Shown here piece by piece: positions 26,517-36,064 of a stretch of 64,000 nucleotides of DNA (within the stretch, counting starts at the first letter, position 1; each line of letters begins with the position of its first letter). A program made the position numbers and the translations under genes. Origin of the DNA: SAR116 cluster bacterium AG-355-O21 (GTDB taxonomy: Bacteria; Pseudomonadota; Alphaproteobacteria; Thalassobaculales; Thalassobaculaceae); the NCBI GenBank assembly GCA_003280605.1, contig QCEM01000003.1:24210-88209 (forward strand), in the 5' to 3' direction. The notes beneath the pieces were generated by a model, which saw nothing but the letters and a program-made list of their open reading frames with translations, was not told where the DNA came from and did not search any database.

Positions 26517-27896
26517 CGGAATTTCGGTATCGAGCCACTTGGCAATATTGGCAAGCCGCCAATCGCCATGCGCGGGACCAATAAGTTGCACCCCCAACGG
26601 CATCTGCTGAGCTGCCATTTTTGGGATGGTAATCGCTGGCACACCGAGGGCGGAGGTTGCGGCATTGAAACTTGGATCACCTGTTTTATAGGCGAATTCA
26701 GGTTCCCCTGAATCGGCCAGAAAATCCATCGCCGGAGCGATGCCAACACTTGATAAGCTGATCAAAGCATCCCCAAAGGCGGCAATCCCAGCAATTGATT
26801 GGCGCATTTGTTGGCGTTCCGATAGGGCCAGCCGATAATCATCCAGAGTCAAACTTTCAGCCATATCAAGCCAGATCGCCAAATCATCGCTCAACAAGCC
26901 GGTTTCTTGATATTGCCGCAGCACCCAGCGCAGCTCAAACGAGCAGATCACCCGGCAAAGCCGTACCGCATCACTGATCTTGACTTCAAACTCATCAATT
27001 AATTGGCTGCTGGCGCGGGTGATCACCTCGACACCGGCGGCTTTGATGAGATCGATCATTTTTTGAAACGCCGCACGGGTGCCGTCATCACATTTCGCCC
27101 AACCTTCGGTTTCCACGAAAATCAGCCGCTCCGGCCGCAGCGGCGGCCCTAAGGTGGCCGCACCAAATAGCCCCGGATAACCTGGATCACCGCCTGCCCG
27201 GGTGGCAATTTCACTGGCAACCGCCCACATATCTTGGAGGGACGCTGCGTGCACACCAAGATGCAATTGGCTGAGGCCTAAACCCTCACCCATATGCAAG
27301 GCGCCAAGGGTTGGTTTGATGGCGTAATTGCCGCAGAATGCCGCCGGTCGAATGATCGAACCGACGACCTGATTGCCAAGTGCCGCCGGCACCATGCCGG
27401 CCCCAACGACCGCTGAGCTGCCGCTGGAGGAGCCCCCTGGCGTCAGCGATGTATCAAATGGATTGCGGGTTTCCCCCGGCTTCACAAAGGCAAATTCTGT
27501 GGTCACGGTTTTCCCCATGATCAGCGCCCCAGCGCGGCGTAAAGCATCAACCGACGCCGAATCAAAACCGGTTTCACGGTCTTTAAAAATCGGGCTGCCC
27601 ATTTCGGTTGGCATATCGCGGGTCTGGATCACATCTTTTACGGCGATCGGCATGCCGTCCACCGCCGAAATAGGCTTGCCCGCCGCATACCGTTGATCTG
27701 CTTCGCTGGCGGCCTTTTTCGCAGCCTCAAAATTGGTGTTGACCCAGGCCTGCACCTCCGGCTCGCGGGTGGCAATGGTTTGCAAACAGCGTGCAAGATA
27801 TTGTGATGGACTGTCATCACCGCTGAGAAAAGCCGCGCGTTGATCTTGAAAACGATTCAGCGCGTGGTCAGGATGATAAAAACGATCGGCGGTCAT
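26502..27896 (-). CDS. Amidase-signature family amidase
   Basis: PIAVKDVIQTRDMPTEMGS and GGSSSGSSAVVGAG. 464 aa. Confidence 0.85.
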   Translation of the reverse strand: MTADRFYHPDHALNRFQDQRAAFLSGDDSPSQYLARCLQTIATREPEVQAWVNTNFEAAKKAASEADQRYAAGKPISAVDGMPIAVKDVIQTRDMPTEMGSPIFKDRETGFDSASVDALRRAGALIMGKTVTTEFAFVKPGETRNPFDTSLTPGGSSSGSSAVVGAGMVPAALGNQVVGSIIRPAAFCGNYAIKPTLGALHMGEGLGLSQLHLGVHAASLQDMWAVASEIATRAGGDPGYPGLFGAATLGPPLRPERLIFVETEGWAKCDDGTRAAFQKMIDLIKAAGVEVITRASSQLIDEFEVKISDAVRLCRVICSFELRWVLRQYQETGLLSDDLAIWLDMAESLTLDDYRLALSERQQMRQSIAGIAAFGDALISLSSVGIAPAMDFLADSGEPEFAYKTGDPSFNAATSALGVPAITIPKMAAQQMPLGVQLIGPAHGDWRLANIAKWLDTEIPAVAV

Positions 27897-28168
27897 ATGG
27901 CGCCCCTATGCGGTTTGATGAAAATCAAAATTTTGCGAAAATACGCGTGGAAAGCCTTTAATTGCAGGGCTTTTCAGCGGAATATGCAAGGCTTTTTTCT
28001 AACCGCCGGCGGCGAGCATGCCAAAGCCTTGCTGGCGTCCCCGGATGCGATACATATTCTCATAAGCGCGGCAAAGCGCGTTTTGCACTGCCGCATGACA
28101 GCGCTATACTTTTCATCTTAGGTTCACATTTTTGGTCACCCTAGGCCGACCGCGTAAAAGGATTACCG

Positions 28169-29488
28169 ATGACCGTTCTGACCCGTCGTGCTTGGGTGCC
28201 GTCGCCAAGTGAGGATCAAGTGCAAAACGTCGCCACCGTCACCAATGCTGCGGCATCGCCGCTGGTTGCCGACAAGATTGCAGCTTTGATTGACCGCAAC
28301 ACCGCGATTCATGACCTTGAATGTTTTAATCTCAACCCCGCAGCTAATGTGATGAATCCTGCCGCCGAAAGCGCCTTAGCACGCGGCCTTGGGAGTCGCC
28401 CTTCGCTTGGATATCCGGGCGATAAATATGAGATGGGCCTGGAGGCCATTGAAGAGATTGAAATTATCACCGCCGCATTGGCCGCGGAGATTTTTAAAGC
28501 CGGTTTTGCGGAAATTCGGGTCGGCTCCGGCGCGTTGGCCAATCTGTATAGCTTCATGGCCCTTTGCCGACCAGGTGACACCATTATCGCACCGCCTGCC
28601 AGTATTGGCGGGCATGTGACCCATCATGATGCCGGTTGCGCCGGCCTATATGGTTTGAACGTTGTCCCGGCACCGGTTAACAGCGATGGTTTTACGGTTG
28701 ATTTACAAGCCCTTCGGGCCCAAGCGCTGCGCCTGCAGCCCCGCCTGATCACCATTGGCGGTAGCTTGAACTTATTTCCCCATCCGGTTGCCGACATCCG
28801 CCGTATTGCCGATGAAGTTGGTGCTTATGTGCTTTTTGATGCAGCCCATCAATGTGGCTTGATTGCCGGTGGTGTCTGGGACAACCCGCTTGATCTTGGC
28901 GCACATTTAATGACCATGAGCACCTATAAAAGCCTTGGCGGGCCGGCCGGCGGTCTGATTGTCAGCAATGAAGCCACAATTGCCGAAAAGCTTGATACCA
29001 TCGCCTTTCCCGGCATGACCGCAAATTTTGATGCCGCCAAATCAGCGGCTTTGGCGCTGACATTGCTTGATTGGCGTGACTGCGGCGCCGCCTATGCCGA
29101 GGCCATGGTGGCGGTTTCAAAGGCTTTGGCCGAGGCTCTTTTGGCCGAAGACATGCCGGTTTTCGCAACCGATCGCGGGATCACCCAATCACATCAATTT
29201 GCCCTCGATGCACGGCGCTTTGGCGGCGGCCATAACGCTGCCCTGAAATTGCGCCAAGCAGGCTTTTTAACCTCCGGCATCGGCTTGCCCTTAGCGGCAG
29301 TGCCGGGGGATATGAAAGGCCTGCGCTTGGGCACACCGGAAATTGTCCGCCGCGGCGTTGGTTGTGCGGATGTTGGCGAAATCGCCACGCTTTTCGCCGC
29401 TGCGCTGAAGGCCAATGACCCGGCCCGGCTGGCCCCTGAGACGGCAGCCCTGAGAGCGCGCTTCCAAGGTCTGCATTTTATCCGTTGA
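28169..29488 (+). CDS. Serine hydroxymethyltransferase-like PLP enzyme (divergent GlyA family)
   Basis: PLP-lysine region TMSTYKSLGGPAGG (compare THKTLRGPRGG in SHMT) and GSGALANL. 439 aa. Confidence 0.65.
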   Translation: MTVLTRRAWVPSPSEDQVQNVATVTNAAASPLVADKIAALIDRNTAIHDLECFNLNPAANVMNPAAESALARGLGSRPSLGYPGDKYEMGLEAIEEIEIITAALAAEIFKAGFAEIRVGSGALANLYSFMALCRPGDTIIAPPASIGGHVTHHDAGCAGLYGLNVVPAPVNSDGFTVDLQALRAQALRLQPRLITIGGSLNLFPHPVADIRRIADEVGAYVLFDAAHQCGLIAGGVWDNPLDLGAHLMTMSTYKSLGGPAGGLIVSNEATIAEKLDTIAFPGMTANFDAAKSAALALTLLDWRDCGAAYAEAMVAVSKALAEALLAEDMPVFATDRGITQSHQFALDARRFGGGHNAALKLRQAGFLTSGIGLPLAAVPGDMKGLRLGTPEIVRRGVGCADVGEIATLFAAALKANDPARLAPETAALRARFQGLHFIR

Positions 29489-29546
29489 AGCGATCATAAA
29501 AGCTGCCAATGATGGCGCGTCCTGCAGTCAAGAAAGAGGTTTTCCA

Positions 29547-30779
29547 ATGGTCAAGATTAACCCCGATCGCCTGTTATCCGATCTGCGTACCTTGCGCACG
29601 TTCGGCACCTATAAAACCGGCGTCCACCGGCCCACCTATTCCGATATCGATATGCAATCACGGCGCTGGCTGGTTGAGCGGATGACTGACGCAAGCTTGA
29701 CGGCAACGATTGACGGCATCGGCAATGTGATTGGCCGCAGCCCTGCCCCCGGGCCAAAGCTGCTGCTTGGCTCACATGTGGAAACCCAGCCACATGGCGG
29801 CTGGCTTGATGGTGCCATGGGTGTAATCTTTGCCATTGAAATGGCGCGTGCCGTTGCCGAAGATCCGGCTTTGCAGGACTGCGGCGTCGATGCCGCCGCT
29901 TGGGCCGATGAAGAAGGTCATTACATGTCATTCATCGGCAGCCGCTCGTTCATCGGCGATGTCACCGAAGCCGAGATTGACGGCGTTGAAAGTAAGCATG
30001 ATGGCACCCCACTGCGCGATGCATTAGCAAGCGCCGGACTGGCCGGCTTGCCGCGCGCGGTTCTCGAGGCGGACCGCTATTTGGGCTTCCTCGAGGCGCA
30101 TATTGAGCAGGGTCCAACCTTAGAAAGCATGGCGCAAAAAATTGGCGTCGTGACCAGTATTGTCGGCACCTGGCAATATGAGATTATCGCTGAAGGCATT
30201 CAAAACCACGCCGGCACAACGGCAATGTCGCTGCGCCGCGATGCTGGCCGCGCATTGATCAAATTGGCCCATGCGATTGACCAGCACTTCCCCGAAATCG
30301 CGGCCGAGCGGTCGGTTTGGACGGTCGGGGATCTGCGTTTAGAGCCAGGGGCACCGGCGATCGTTCCCGGGCGGGCCCGCATGTTGTTCCAATTCCGCGA
30401 CGCAGACCCCCGGCAACTGGCCCGCTTTGCCGCCGCTTTTGATGATTTGGTTGCCGCCGTCGCTGCCGATGATCCATGCAGCATTACGGCCAAACAGCTA
30501 TCTGCCAGCACCCCATCACTGATGCATCCGGGGTTTCAAGACGCGCTTTCGGCAGCCGCCGAACAGCATGTACCCGGCTTGCATCAGCGGATGCCAAGCG
30601 GCGCCGGCCATGATGCCCAGATTTTAGCCAATGTTATGCCGGCGGGGATGATGTTTATCCCCAGCATTGGCGGAATCAGCCATCATTGGAGCGAAGACAG
30701 TGACGAGGCCGACATCGTCATTGGCGGCCAGGTTTTGGCCACCGCCGTGGGTGACATCCTTGCCAAGGGCCGCGCATAA
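29547..30779 (+). CDS. M20-family Zn-dependent hydrolase (allantoate / N-carbamoyl-L-amino-acid amidohydrolase type)
   Basis: GNVIGR..LLLGSHVETQPHGGWLDGAMGV, AAWADEEG and GAGHDAQ. Confidence 0.8.
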   Translation: MVKINPDRLLSDLRTLRTFGTYKTGVHRPTYSDIDMQSRRWLVERMTDASLTATIDGIGNVIGRSPAPGPKLLLGSHVETQPHGGWLDGAMGVIFAIEMARAVAEDPALQDCGVDAAAWADEEGHYMSFIGSRSFIGDVTEAEIDGVESKHDGTPLRDALASAGLAGLPRAVLEADRYLGFLEAHIEQGPTLESMAQKIGVVTSIVGTWQYEIIAEGIQNHAGTTAMSLRRDAGRALIKLAHAIDQHFPEIAAERSVWTVGDLRLEPGAPAIVPGRARMLFQFRDADPRQLARFAAAFDDLVAAVAADDPCSITAKQLSASTPSLMHPGFQDALSAAAEQHVPGLHQRMPSGAGHDAQILANVMPAGMMFIPSIGGISHHWSEDSDEADIVIGGQVLATAVGDILAKGRA

Positions 30780-30784
30780 GCAGG

Positions 30785-31198
30785 TCAGATTTTCTCAAAT
30801 CGAATATCTTGGGCCCCTTGCCAAAGCGTCATTGGCCCAAGTTCCGGCAACTGTTCAAGACCTTCGGTAATGGTCAAAAACGGATTTCCTGCCAATTGTC
30901 CTGCCTTGCTGGCAAAACACGTTGGTCCATAGGACAGCAGGATTTCAGTTTCGCTGACACCCCCCGGGTAAAGGATAATTTCGCCTGGTGCCGGATGGCT
31001 GGTCGCATCCTCAAAACCAACGCCAAAATCAAGATCACCCAGCGGAATCCAAACCGCCTCGCCGCTCCAGCGGACATGCACAATCTTGCTGACAAACGGC
31101 ATTGCCGCCTCGAAGGCGGCGCACGTCGCCGGTGTCCGTTCGCGCTCAAGACGGGCTTTAAAGGTAAATGGTCCGGCGGTGATCAAGACATGCGACAT
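30785..31198 (-). CDS. DUF3830 (cyclophilin-like fold) protein
   Basis: FTFKARLERERTPATCAAFEAAMPF..VHVRWSGEAVWIPLGD..GEIILYPGGVSETEIL matches my memory of DUF3830. Confidence 0.65.
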   Translation of the reverse strand: MSHVLITAGPFTFKARLERERTPATCAAFEAAMPFVSKIVHVRWSGEAVWIPLGDLDFGVGFEDATSHPAPGEIILYPGGVSETEILLSYGPTCFASKAGQLAGNPFLTITEGLEQLPELGPMTLWQGAQDIRFEKI

Positions 31199-31275
31199 CG
31201 GCTTTTCCCTGCAACAAAAAATTCCCGCGAACTATAGGCCGACAGATCCCTCAGGGCGAGCGAAAGCGCGGCGGC

Positions 31276-32667
31276 TCAACCAGACTTTTTAGCCCGCTTT
31301 AATTCCGCCCGATCAATCCGCCGGTTCCACGGCAACCAAACCGAAAAAGCAAGCGAAGCAAGCGATGGCACAGCCACCGGGTCTGCTTTGGTCACCGGCA
31401 CCGGCAGGGGCATATTCGCGGTTCCCGCCAGCCAGCCCGCTAAGCGCCGACCAAGAGCCGTGGTCATTGCCATGCCACGGCCATTGCAGGCAATTGCAGA
31501 CCAGCCGTTGTCGCCAAATTGCATCAGCCGCGGCATGAAATCGGTAGCCGCGCCCAGGCGGCCTTGCCAAATATATTCCGCCGTCACGGCCGGTAATTGC
31601 GGCAACATCTGTTGCAGCCGCTGCAAGTGATAGCTTGCACCACGGGCCGTCGCACCAAATGGCGACGCCAGCAACCCGCCCGTCACCAAGCGGTTGTCAA
31701 CGGTCCAACGAAAGGCGACTAATTCTTTGCGGATGTCTGCTGATGCCCGATCATTTGGGAGGATTGTTTTCCGTAACTCCGGGTCAAGCGGCGGGGTTGC
31801 GACCTGGAATAAGGTAATCGGAATTTGGGTCCCTTCAGCTTTGGCCTCCAGCTTGTCGCCGGTGGTATTGGTTGTCAGCAAGAGGCGCTTGGCGATGAGC
31901 GTACCACCATCACAGTTTATCTGCCAGCGGTCACCGCGCCGGCTGATTGTGCGGGCGCGGCTGCGGCAAAACACTTTGGCGCCGGTTTTAATTGCCGCAG
32001 CGGCCAAACCGCGGCAATAGGCCAAGGGATTAAGGTGCCCGCCGGTGGGGTCAAAAAATGCCCCGTGATAAACTTCCGAGCCTGTTTCAGCCACCGCCTG
32101 ATCCCGTGAGAGCGCTTCAACTGGCCGTCCCAAGGCCTGCCACTGGGCCACGCGGTCAGCTAACCATGGCTGTTTTTCAGGGGTATGGATTGGCTGGATC
32201 CAGCCATTTTGTCGGGCCTGACAGTCAATTTTATGGTCCCGAATGATGTTGAAAACCAGCTCAGCACCGCTGCCGACCGTCTCACAAATCAGCTGTCCAT
32301 GGGTTGCTCCAAGATTTTGCCGCATGACGGCAGGGTCCAGGCCGGTGATCAAATTTGGCACAACGAAACCGGTATTTCGCCCGGAAGCTCCAAAACCAGG
32401 CTCATCGGCTTCCAGCAATACCGTCTCAACCCCTGCTTCGGCCAAATGTAAGGCCGTTGAAAACCCGAGGTAACCGCCACCAACAACAGCAACATCTGTT
32501 TCAATGTCGCCACTTAGCGACGACATCGGCGGTGCTGCAGGGGCCATTGCATGCCAGAGCGAGGCTTGAAATGACAGCGAGGGATGCGGCGCTTTGGCAA
32601 GCCGTTCCCAAAGGTTCGGGCGGTAACCCTCATGTGCAATTGGCATGGCCAACTCCGTCAAAGGCAA
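31276..32667 (-). CDS. DAO-family FAD-dependent oxidoreductase
   Basis: DVAVVGGGYLGFSTALHLAEAG..GFGASGRNTGF. 463 aa. Confidence 0.8.
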   Translation of the reverse strand: MPLTELAMPIAHEGYRPNLWERLAKAPHPSLSFQASLWHAMAPAAPPMSSLSGDIETDVAVVGGGYLGFSTALHLAEAGVETVLLEADEPGFGASGRNTGFVVPNLITGLDPAVMRQNLGATHGQLICETVGSGAELVFNIIRDHKIDCQARQNGWIQPIHTPEKQPWLADRVAQWQALGRPVEALSRDQAVAETGSEVYHGAFFDPTGGHLNPLAYCRGLAAAAIKTGAKVFCRSRARTISRRGDRWQINCDGGTLIAKRLLLTTNTTGDKLEAKAEGTQIPITLFQVATPPLDPELRKTILPNDRASADIRKELVAFRWTVDNRLVTGGLLASPFGATARGASYHLQRLQQMLPQLPAVTAEYIWQGRLGAATDFMPRLMQFGDNGWSAIACNGRGMAMTTALGRRLAGWLAGTANMPLPVPVTKADPVAVPSLASLAFSVWLPWNRRIDRAELKRAKKSG

Positions 32668-32721
32668 TTGCGCAAGTCTACCTGAAAAACCGGTCGCCGT
32701 CGCTGGTATGATGATCGCATA

Positions 32722-33132
32722 TCAGGAAGCGCGGCAATGGGCGCATCGACCGCGCAGCTCAACGATTGATTTATGCACCGAAAAAGCGGCTTGCTCCGCA
32801 ACAGCTTGAAAACGATCACCAACGCCGCCATCGCGGATTTCGGTCACCTGGCTACAGTCCGAGCAAATTGCAAAAATCATTGTTTCCCGGCTGCCGCAAT
32901 CAGGCAGTTGGCAAACAACAAAAGCATTGATGCTTTCCAGCCGATGGACCATGCCATCGGCGACCAGCTTATCAAGGGCGCGGTAAACCTGCGGCGGCGC
33001 GCGCATCCCGCGATCGCGCAATTGGTCTAAAATGGCATAGGCAGTCAGGGGGCCTTTGGCGTCGGCCAAGGCTTCCAGGACCAAGCTTTGATTTCGAGTC
33101 AACGCGGTGTCGCGCTGAGTGCTGACGATCAT
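32722..33132 (-). CDS. zur: Fur-family zinc uptake regulator
   Basis: Fur-family winged helix with Cys pairs (CQLPDC, CSDC, CAHC). It is the last gene of the znuC-znuB-zur string. Confidence 0.8.
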   Translation of the reverse strand: MIVSTQRDTALTRNQSLVLEALADAKGPLTAYAILDQLRDRGMRAPPQVYRALDKLVADGMVHRLESINAFVVCQLPDCGSRETMIFAICSDCSQVTEIRDGGVGDRFQAVAEQAAFSVHKSIVELRGRCAHCRAS

Positions 33133-33135
33133 GTT

Positions 33136-33954
33136 TCACTCTCCCTTGGGCGACCTTACCGCCGCCTGCCGACGGCCAAGCGGTGTCATACTTAACATGA
33201 ATAAGACCAAACCTGCGACGACAATGCTAGGCCCGGTTGGGGTGTCCCAATGCAGCGAGCCAAACAATCCACCGAAAACCGACAGAATGCCGATCGCCAC
33301 GGCAAGCAGCGCCATTTGCTCGGGACCGGCGGCAAATCGCCGGGCCGTCACCGCCGGCATGATCAGTAATGCCGTGATTAACAGCACCCCGACGATCTTC
33401 ATCGCCATGGCAATGACCAAAGCCATGAGGACCATGAAAATGATGTTAACACGCTCTGGCGCTAGGCCTTCGGCTGCCGCCAATTCAGGGCTGAGACTGG
33501 CGGCGAACAGGGGCCGCCAAATCCACGCTAAGACGCCAAGAACCAGGCCGCCGCCTAGATAGATCATGATCAGATCGTTAACGGATACGGCCAAGATATC
33601 ACCTAGAAGCAAGGCCATTAAATCAATCCGCACCCAGGTCAGAAAGCTTAGCACAACAAGGCCCAACGCCAGCGCTGAATGGGCCATCAAACCAAGCAAG
33701 GAATCTGAGGAAACACTGCCGCGACGCTGCAACACCAACAGCGCACACGACACCGAGATCGCAACCACAAAGACACTGATGGTCAGATTGGCATCCAGCA
33801 TGATTGCCAAGGCCACACCTAACACCGCTGCATGCGATAAGGTATCGCCAAAATAAGCTAACCGCCGCCAGACGATAATGCAGCCAAGGGGCCCGGCCAC
33901 CAACGCCACACCAATGCCGGCAAGAAGCGCGCGGGTGAAAAAATCATCCAGCAT
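33136..33954 (-). CDS. znuB: Zinc ABC transporter permease
   Basis: MLDDFFTRALLAG start and the ABC-3 permease pattern. 11-nt overlap with znuC. Confidence 0.85.
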   Translation of the reverse strand: MLDDFFTRALLAGIGVALVAGPLGCIIVWRRLAYFGDTLSHAAVLGVALAIMLDANLTISVFVVAISVSCALLVLQRRGSVSSDSLLGLMAHSALALGLVVLSFLTWVRIDLMALLLGDILAVSVNDLIMIYLGGGLVLGVLAWIWRPLFAASLSPELAAAEGLAPERVNIIFMVLMALVIAMAMKIVGVLLITALLIMPAVTARRFAAGPEQMALLAVAIGILSVFGGLFGSLHWDTPTGPSIVVAGLVLFMLSMTPLGRRQAAVRSPKGE

Positions 33955-34837
33955 CTTGATCCTTTCGTGGCCGTTCACCGGCCGGCCGGCCGGCAGCCAG
34001 CGGAGCGCTGTCGGATCGCACATGATCGGCCGGCGGCAGCGCACCATGGCTGCCGTCGTCCGGATGACAATGGTCGGTTATCGAGCCATCGGCATGCCGC
34101 ACCCGCCCGTCCGGCATATGGGTATGGTCATGGTGATGTTGGTAGACGGCTAAGGATTGTGCCGAGCGAAGCCCGAACAAACGCTGATATTCATCGCTTG
34201 AGGCGACGGCCACCGGCGTGCCTTGGCAACAGATATGACCATTTAAACACAGCACCCGATCGGTCGCAGCCATCACCACATGCAGATCATGGGAGATCAA
34301 CAAAACCCCGCAACCAACGTCCTCACGAATTTTTTGGATCAACTCATAAATCTCAATTTCGCCATTGAAGTCGACGTCTTGAACGGGCTCATCCAAAACC
34401 AATAGGTCCGGCTTACGGGCCATTGCCCGCGCCAACATAACACGCTGAAATTCACCGCCGGAGAGCGTGCAAACATCAGCTTGCCAAAGATGCGCGACAC
34501 CTGTTGCCGTCATCGCCGCCGATACCGCATCTGCCGCCACCCGGCCGGTCAAGGTCATGAACCGATCAACCGTCAGCGGCAAGGTCCAGTCGATTGCAAG
34601 TTTTTGCGGCACATAGCCGACAACCAGGGCGTCACTTTGCGCCCGCGCGCCCTCATCAAGCGATAACAGACCTAAGGCCATTTTCGCGGTCGTTGACTTG
34701 CCCGAGCCATTCGGGCCAATCAAGGTTACAATCTCTCCTGGATGAACTTTTAAGTCGACACCACGCACCAGCCATTGCCGGCTACGCTGAACGCCGGCGT
34801 TGGTTAAACTGATTAATGCTTCACTTCGAGTTAACAC
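33944..34837 (-). CDS. znuC: Zinc ABC transporter ATPase with a His-rich C-terminal tail
   Basis: Walker A GPNGSGKST, LSGGEFQR and LLVLDEP. The extra tail reads YQHHHDHTHMPDGRVRHADGSITDHCHPDDGSHG. Confidence 0.85.
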   Translation of the reverse strand: MLTRSEALISLTNAGVQRSRQWLVRGVDLKVHPGEIVTLIGPNGSGKSTTAKMALGLLSLDEGARAQSDALVVGYVPQKLAIDWTLPLTVDRFMTLTGRVAADAVSAAMTATGVAHLWQADVCTLSGGEFQRVMLARAMARKPDLLVLDEPVQDVDFNGEIEIYELIQKIREDVGCGVLLISHDLHVVMAATDRVLCLNGHICCQGTPVAVASSDEYQRLFGLRSAQSLAVYQHHHDHTHMPDGRVRHADGSITDHCHPDDGSHGALPPADHVRSDSAPLAAGRPAGERPRKDQDAG

Positions 34838-34898
34838 AGTTGATCGACCCTAAAATCATCTTGCCAGACATTATCACACAGGTTAAGACACAGGGACA

Positions 34899-34914
34899 TT
34901 ATGTTATAACATAA
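34899..34914. promoter_or_regulatory. Zur box in the divergent znuC / znuA promoter region
   Basis: Perfect 16-bp palindrome TTATGTTATAACATAA, 15 nt upstream of the znuA start. The core ATGTTATAACAT matches the alphaproteobacterial Zur operator type. Confidence 0.8.
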
Positions 34915-34928
34915 CTTGTGAGTCTTCC

Positions 34929-36041
34929 ATGTCGAAAGCCGTCGCGTCTTTGTCTGCCTTACTGCTTTGCTTGTCTATTACATTGTCACCAAAAGCTAGC
35001 ACAGCATCACCACAGGTTATTGTATCAATCAAGCCTATCCATTCGCTGGTTGCATCCGTGATGGCCGGCATTGCCGTGCCTGACATTATGATCGATGGTG
35101 CCAATTCGCCCCATGACTTTGCCTTAACACCGTCTCAGGCCAATAAACTGAGCAAAGCTGATTTGGTTTTTTGGGTTGGACCGGAACTTGAAACATCTTT
35201 ATCAAAGCCGATCAAAACCATCGGTCAGCAGGCCCGCGCGATTGAGTTAATGGAAACCAAAGGGCTGCTGAAGGTTGACTTCAGAGAGGACGCCGACTTT
35301 GACGTCGCCGCCGGCAAAGCGACGGATCATGATGACCATAAGCACGGTCAAAAAGACGATCATGACGACCATAAGCACGGCCAAAAAGACGATCATGCCG
35401 ACCACAAGCACGGCCAAAAAGACGATCACGACGACCATAAGCACGGTCAAAAAGACGATCATGATGACCACAAAGATGACCATAGAGCTGCCAGCGGTCA
35501 CCACGACCATGCCCATCATGCCCATGGTGTCGATCCACATATCTGGCTTGACCCGGTCAATGCGCAGCTATTGGTAACGCGGATCGCTGCCGAATTGAGC
35601 CGTGCCGACCCTGCGAATAAAGCGCGTTATCAGGCCAATGCAGCGGTCACAAAGACCGGCCTTAAGCAATTGATTGGCCAGCTGAAAACGCTCATGGAAC
35701 CGATTTCAAATCGCCGTTTCATCGCCTTCCATGATGCTTACTATTATTTTGAAAAGCGCTTTGCAGTGACGGCTGCCGGCACCGTCACGGTCAACCCTGA
35801 AATTATGCCTGGCCCGCGTCGCATCCGTCAGATCAAGGAGAAGATCAAGGCAGCCGGCGTCACCTGCATCTTTGCCGAACCACAATTTTCACCGCGTATT
35901 ATGAAAGTCATCGCAGCGGAGTCTGAGGCGCAAACAGCCGTTCTTGACCCACTTGGGGCTGGCTTGACAGCGGGACCTGGGCTTTATGCGAAGCTTCTGA
36001 CAAACATGGCAACGGCAATGAGCGACTGCCTAGCCAAGTAA
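34929..36041 (+). CDS. znuA: Periplasmic zinc-binding protein with an expanded His/Asp-rich loop
   Basis: Signal peptide, the cluster-9 SBP pattern (IVSIKPIHSLV, HDFALTPSQ, DPHIWLDP, HDAYYYF), and a loop of DHDDHKHGQKD repeats. Confidence 0.9.
   Translation: MSKAVASLSALLLCLSITLSPKASTASPQVIVSIKPIHSLVASVMAGIAVPDIMIDGANSPHDFALTPSQANKLSKADLVFWVGPELETSLSKPIKTIGQQARAIELMETKGLLKVDFREDADFDVAAGKATDHDDHKHGQKDDHDDHKHGQKDDHADHKHGQKDDHDDHKHGQKDDHDDHKDDHRAASGHHDHAHHAHGVDPHIWLDPVNAQLLVTRIAAELSRADPANKARYQANAAVTKTGLKQLIGQLKTLMEPISNRRFIAFHDAYYYFEKRFAVTAAGTVTVNPEIMPGPRRIRQIKEKIKAAGVTCIFAEPQFSPRIMKVIAAESEAQTAVLDPLGAGLTAGPGLYAKLLTNMATAMSDCLAK
35325..35483 (+). repeat. In-frame 33-bp tandem repeat (4 full units + 1 partial) inside znuA
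   Basis: Units start at 35325, 35358, 35391, 35424 and 35457. Each is GATCATGAYGACCATAAGCACGGYCAAAAAGAC with 2-3 substitutions between units and encodes DH(D/A)DHKHGQKD. Confidence 0.9.
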
Positions 36042-36064
36042 GTCCCGAGGCTGCATTTGGGCCG

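Noticed and set aside
27951-28000. AAAGCCT..AGGCTTT followed by TTTTT looks like a rho-independent terminator.
   Set aside because: It lies in the divergent promoter region between the amidase (-) and the SHMT-like gene (+), so no upstream transcript exists to terminate. The loop would be about 30 nt. It may be a regulatory feature, but I cannot support that.
35325-35483. Regular 33-bp repeats could be a CRISPR-like or non-coding array.
   Set aside because: The units are contiguous with no spacers, in frame, and encode the His/Asp-rich metal-binding loop of ZnuA.
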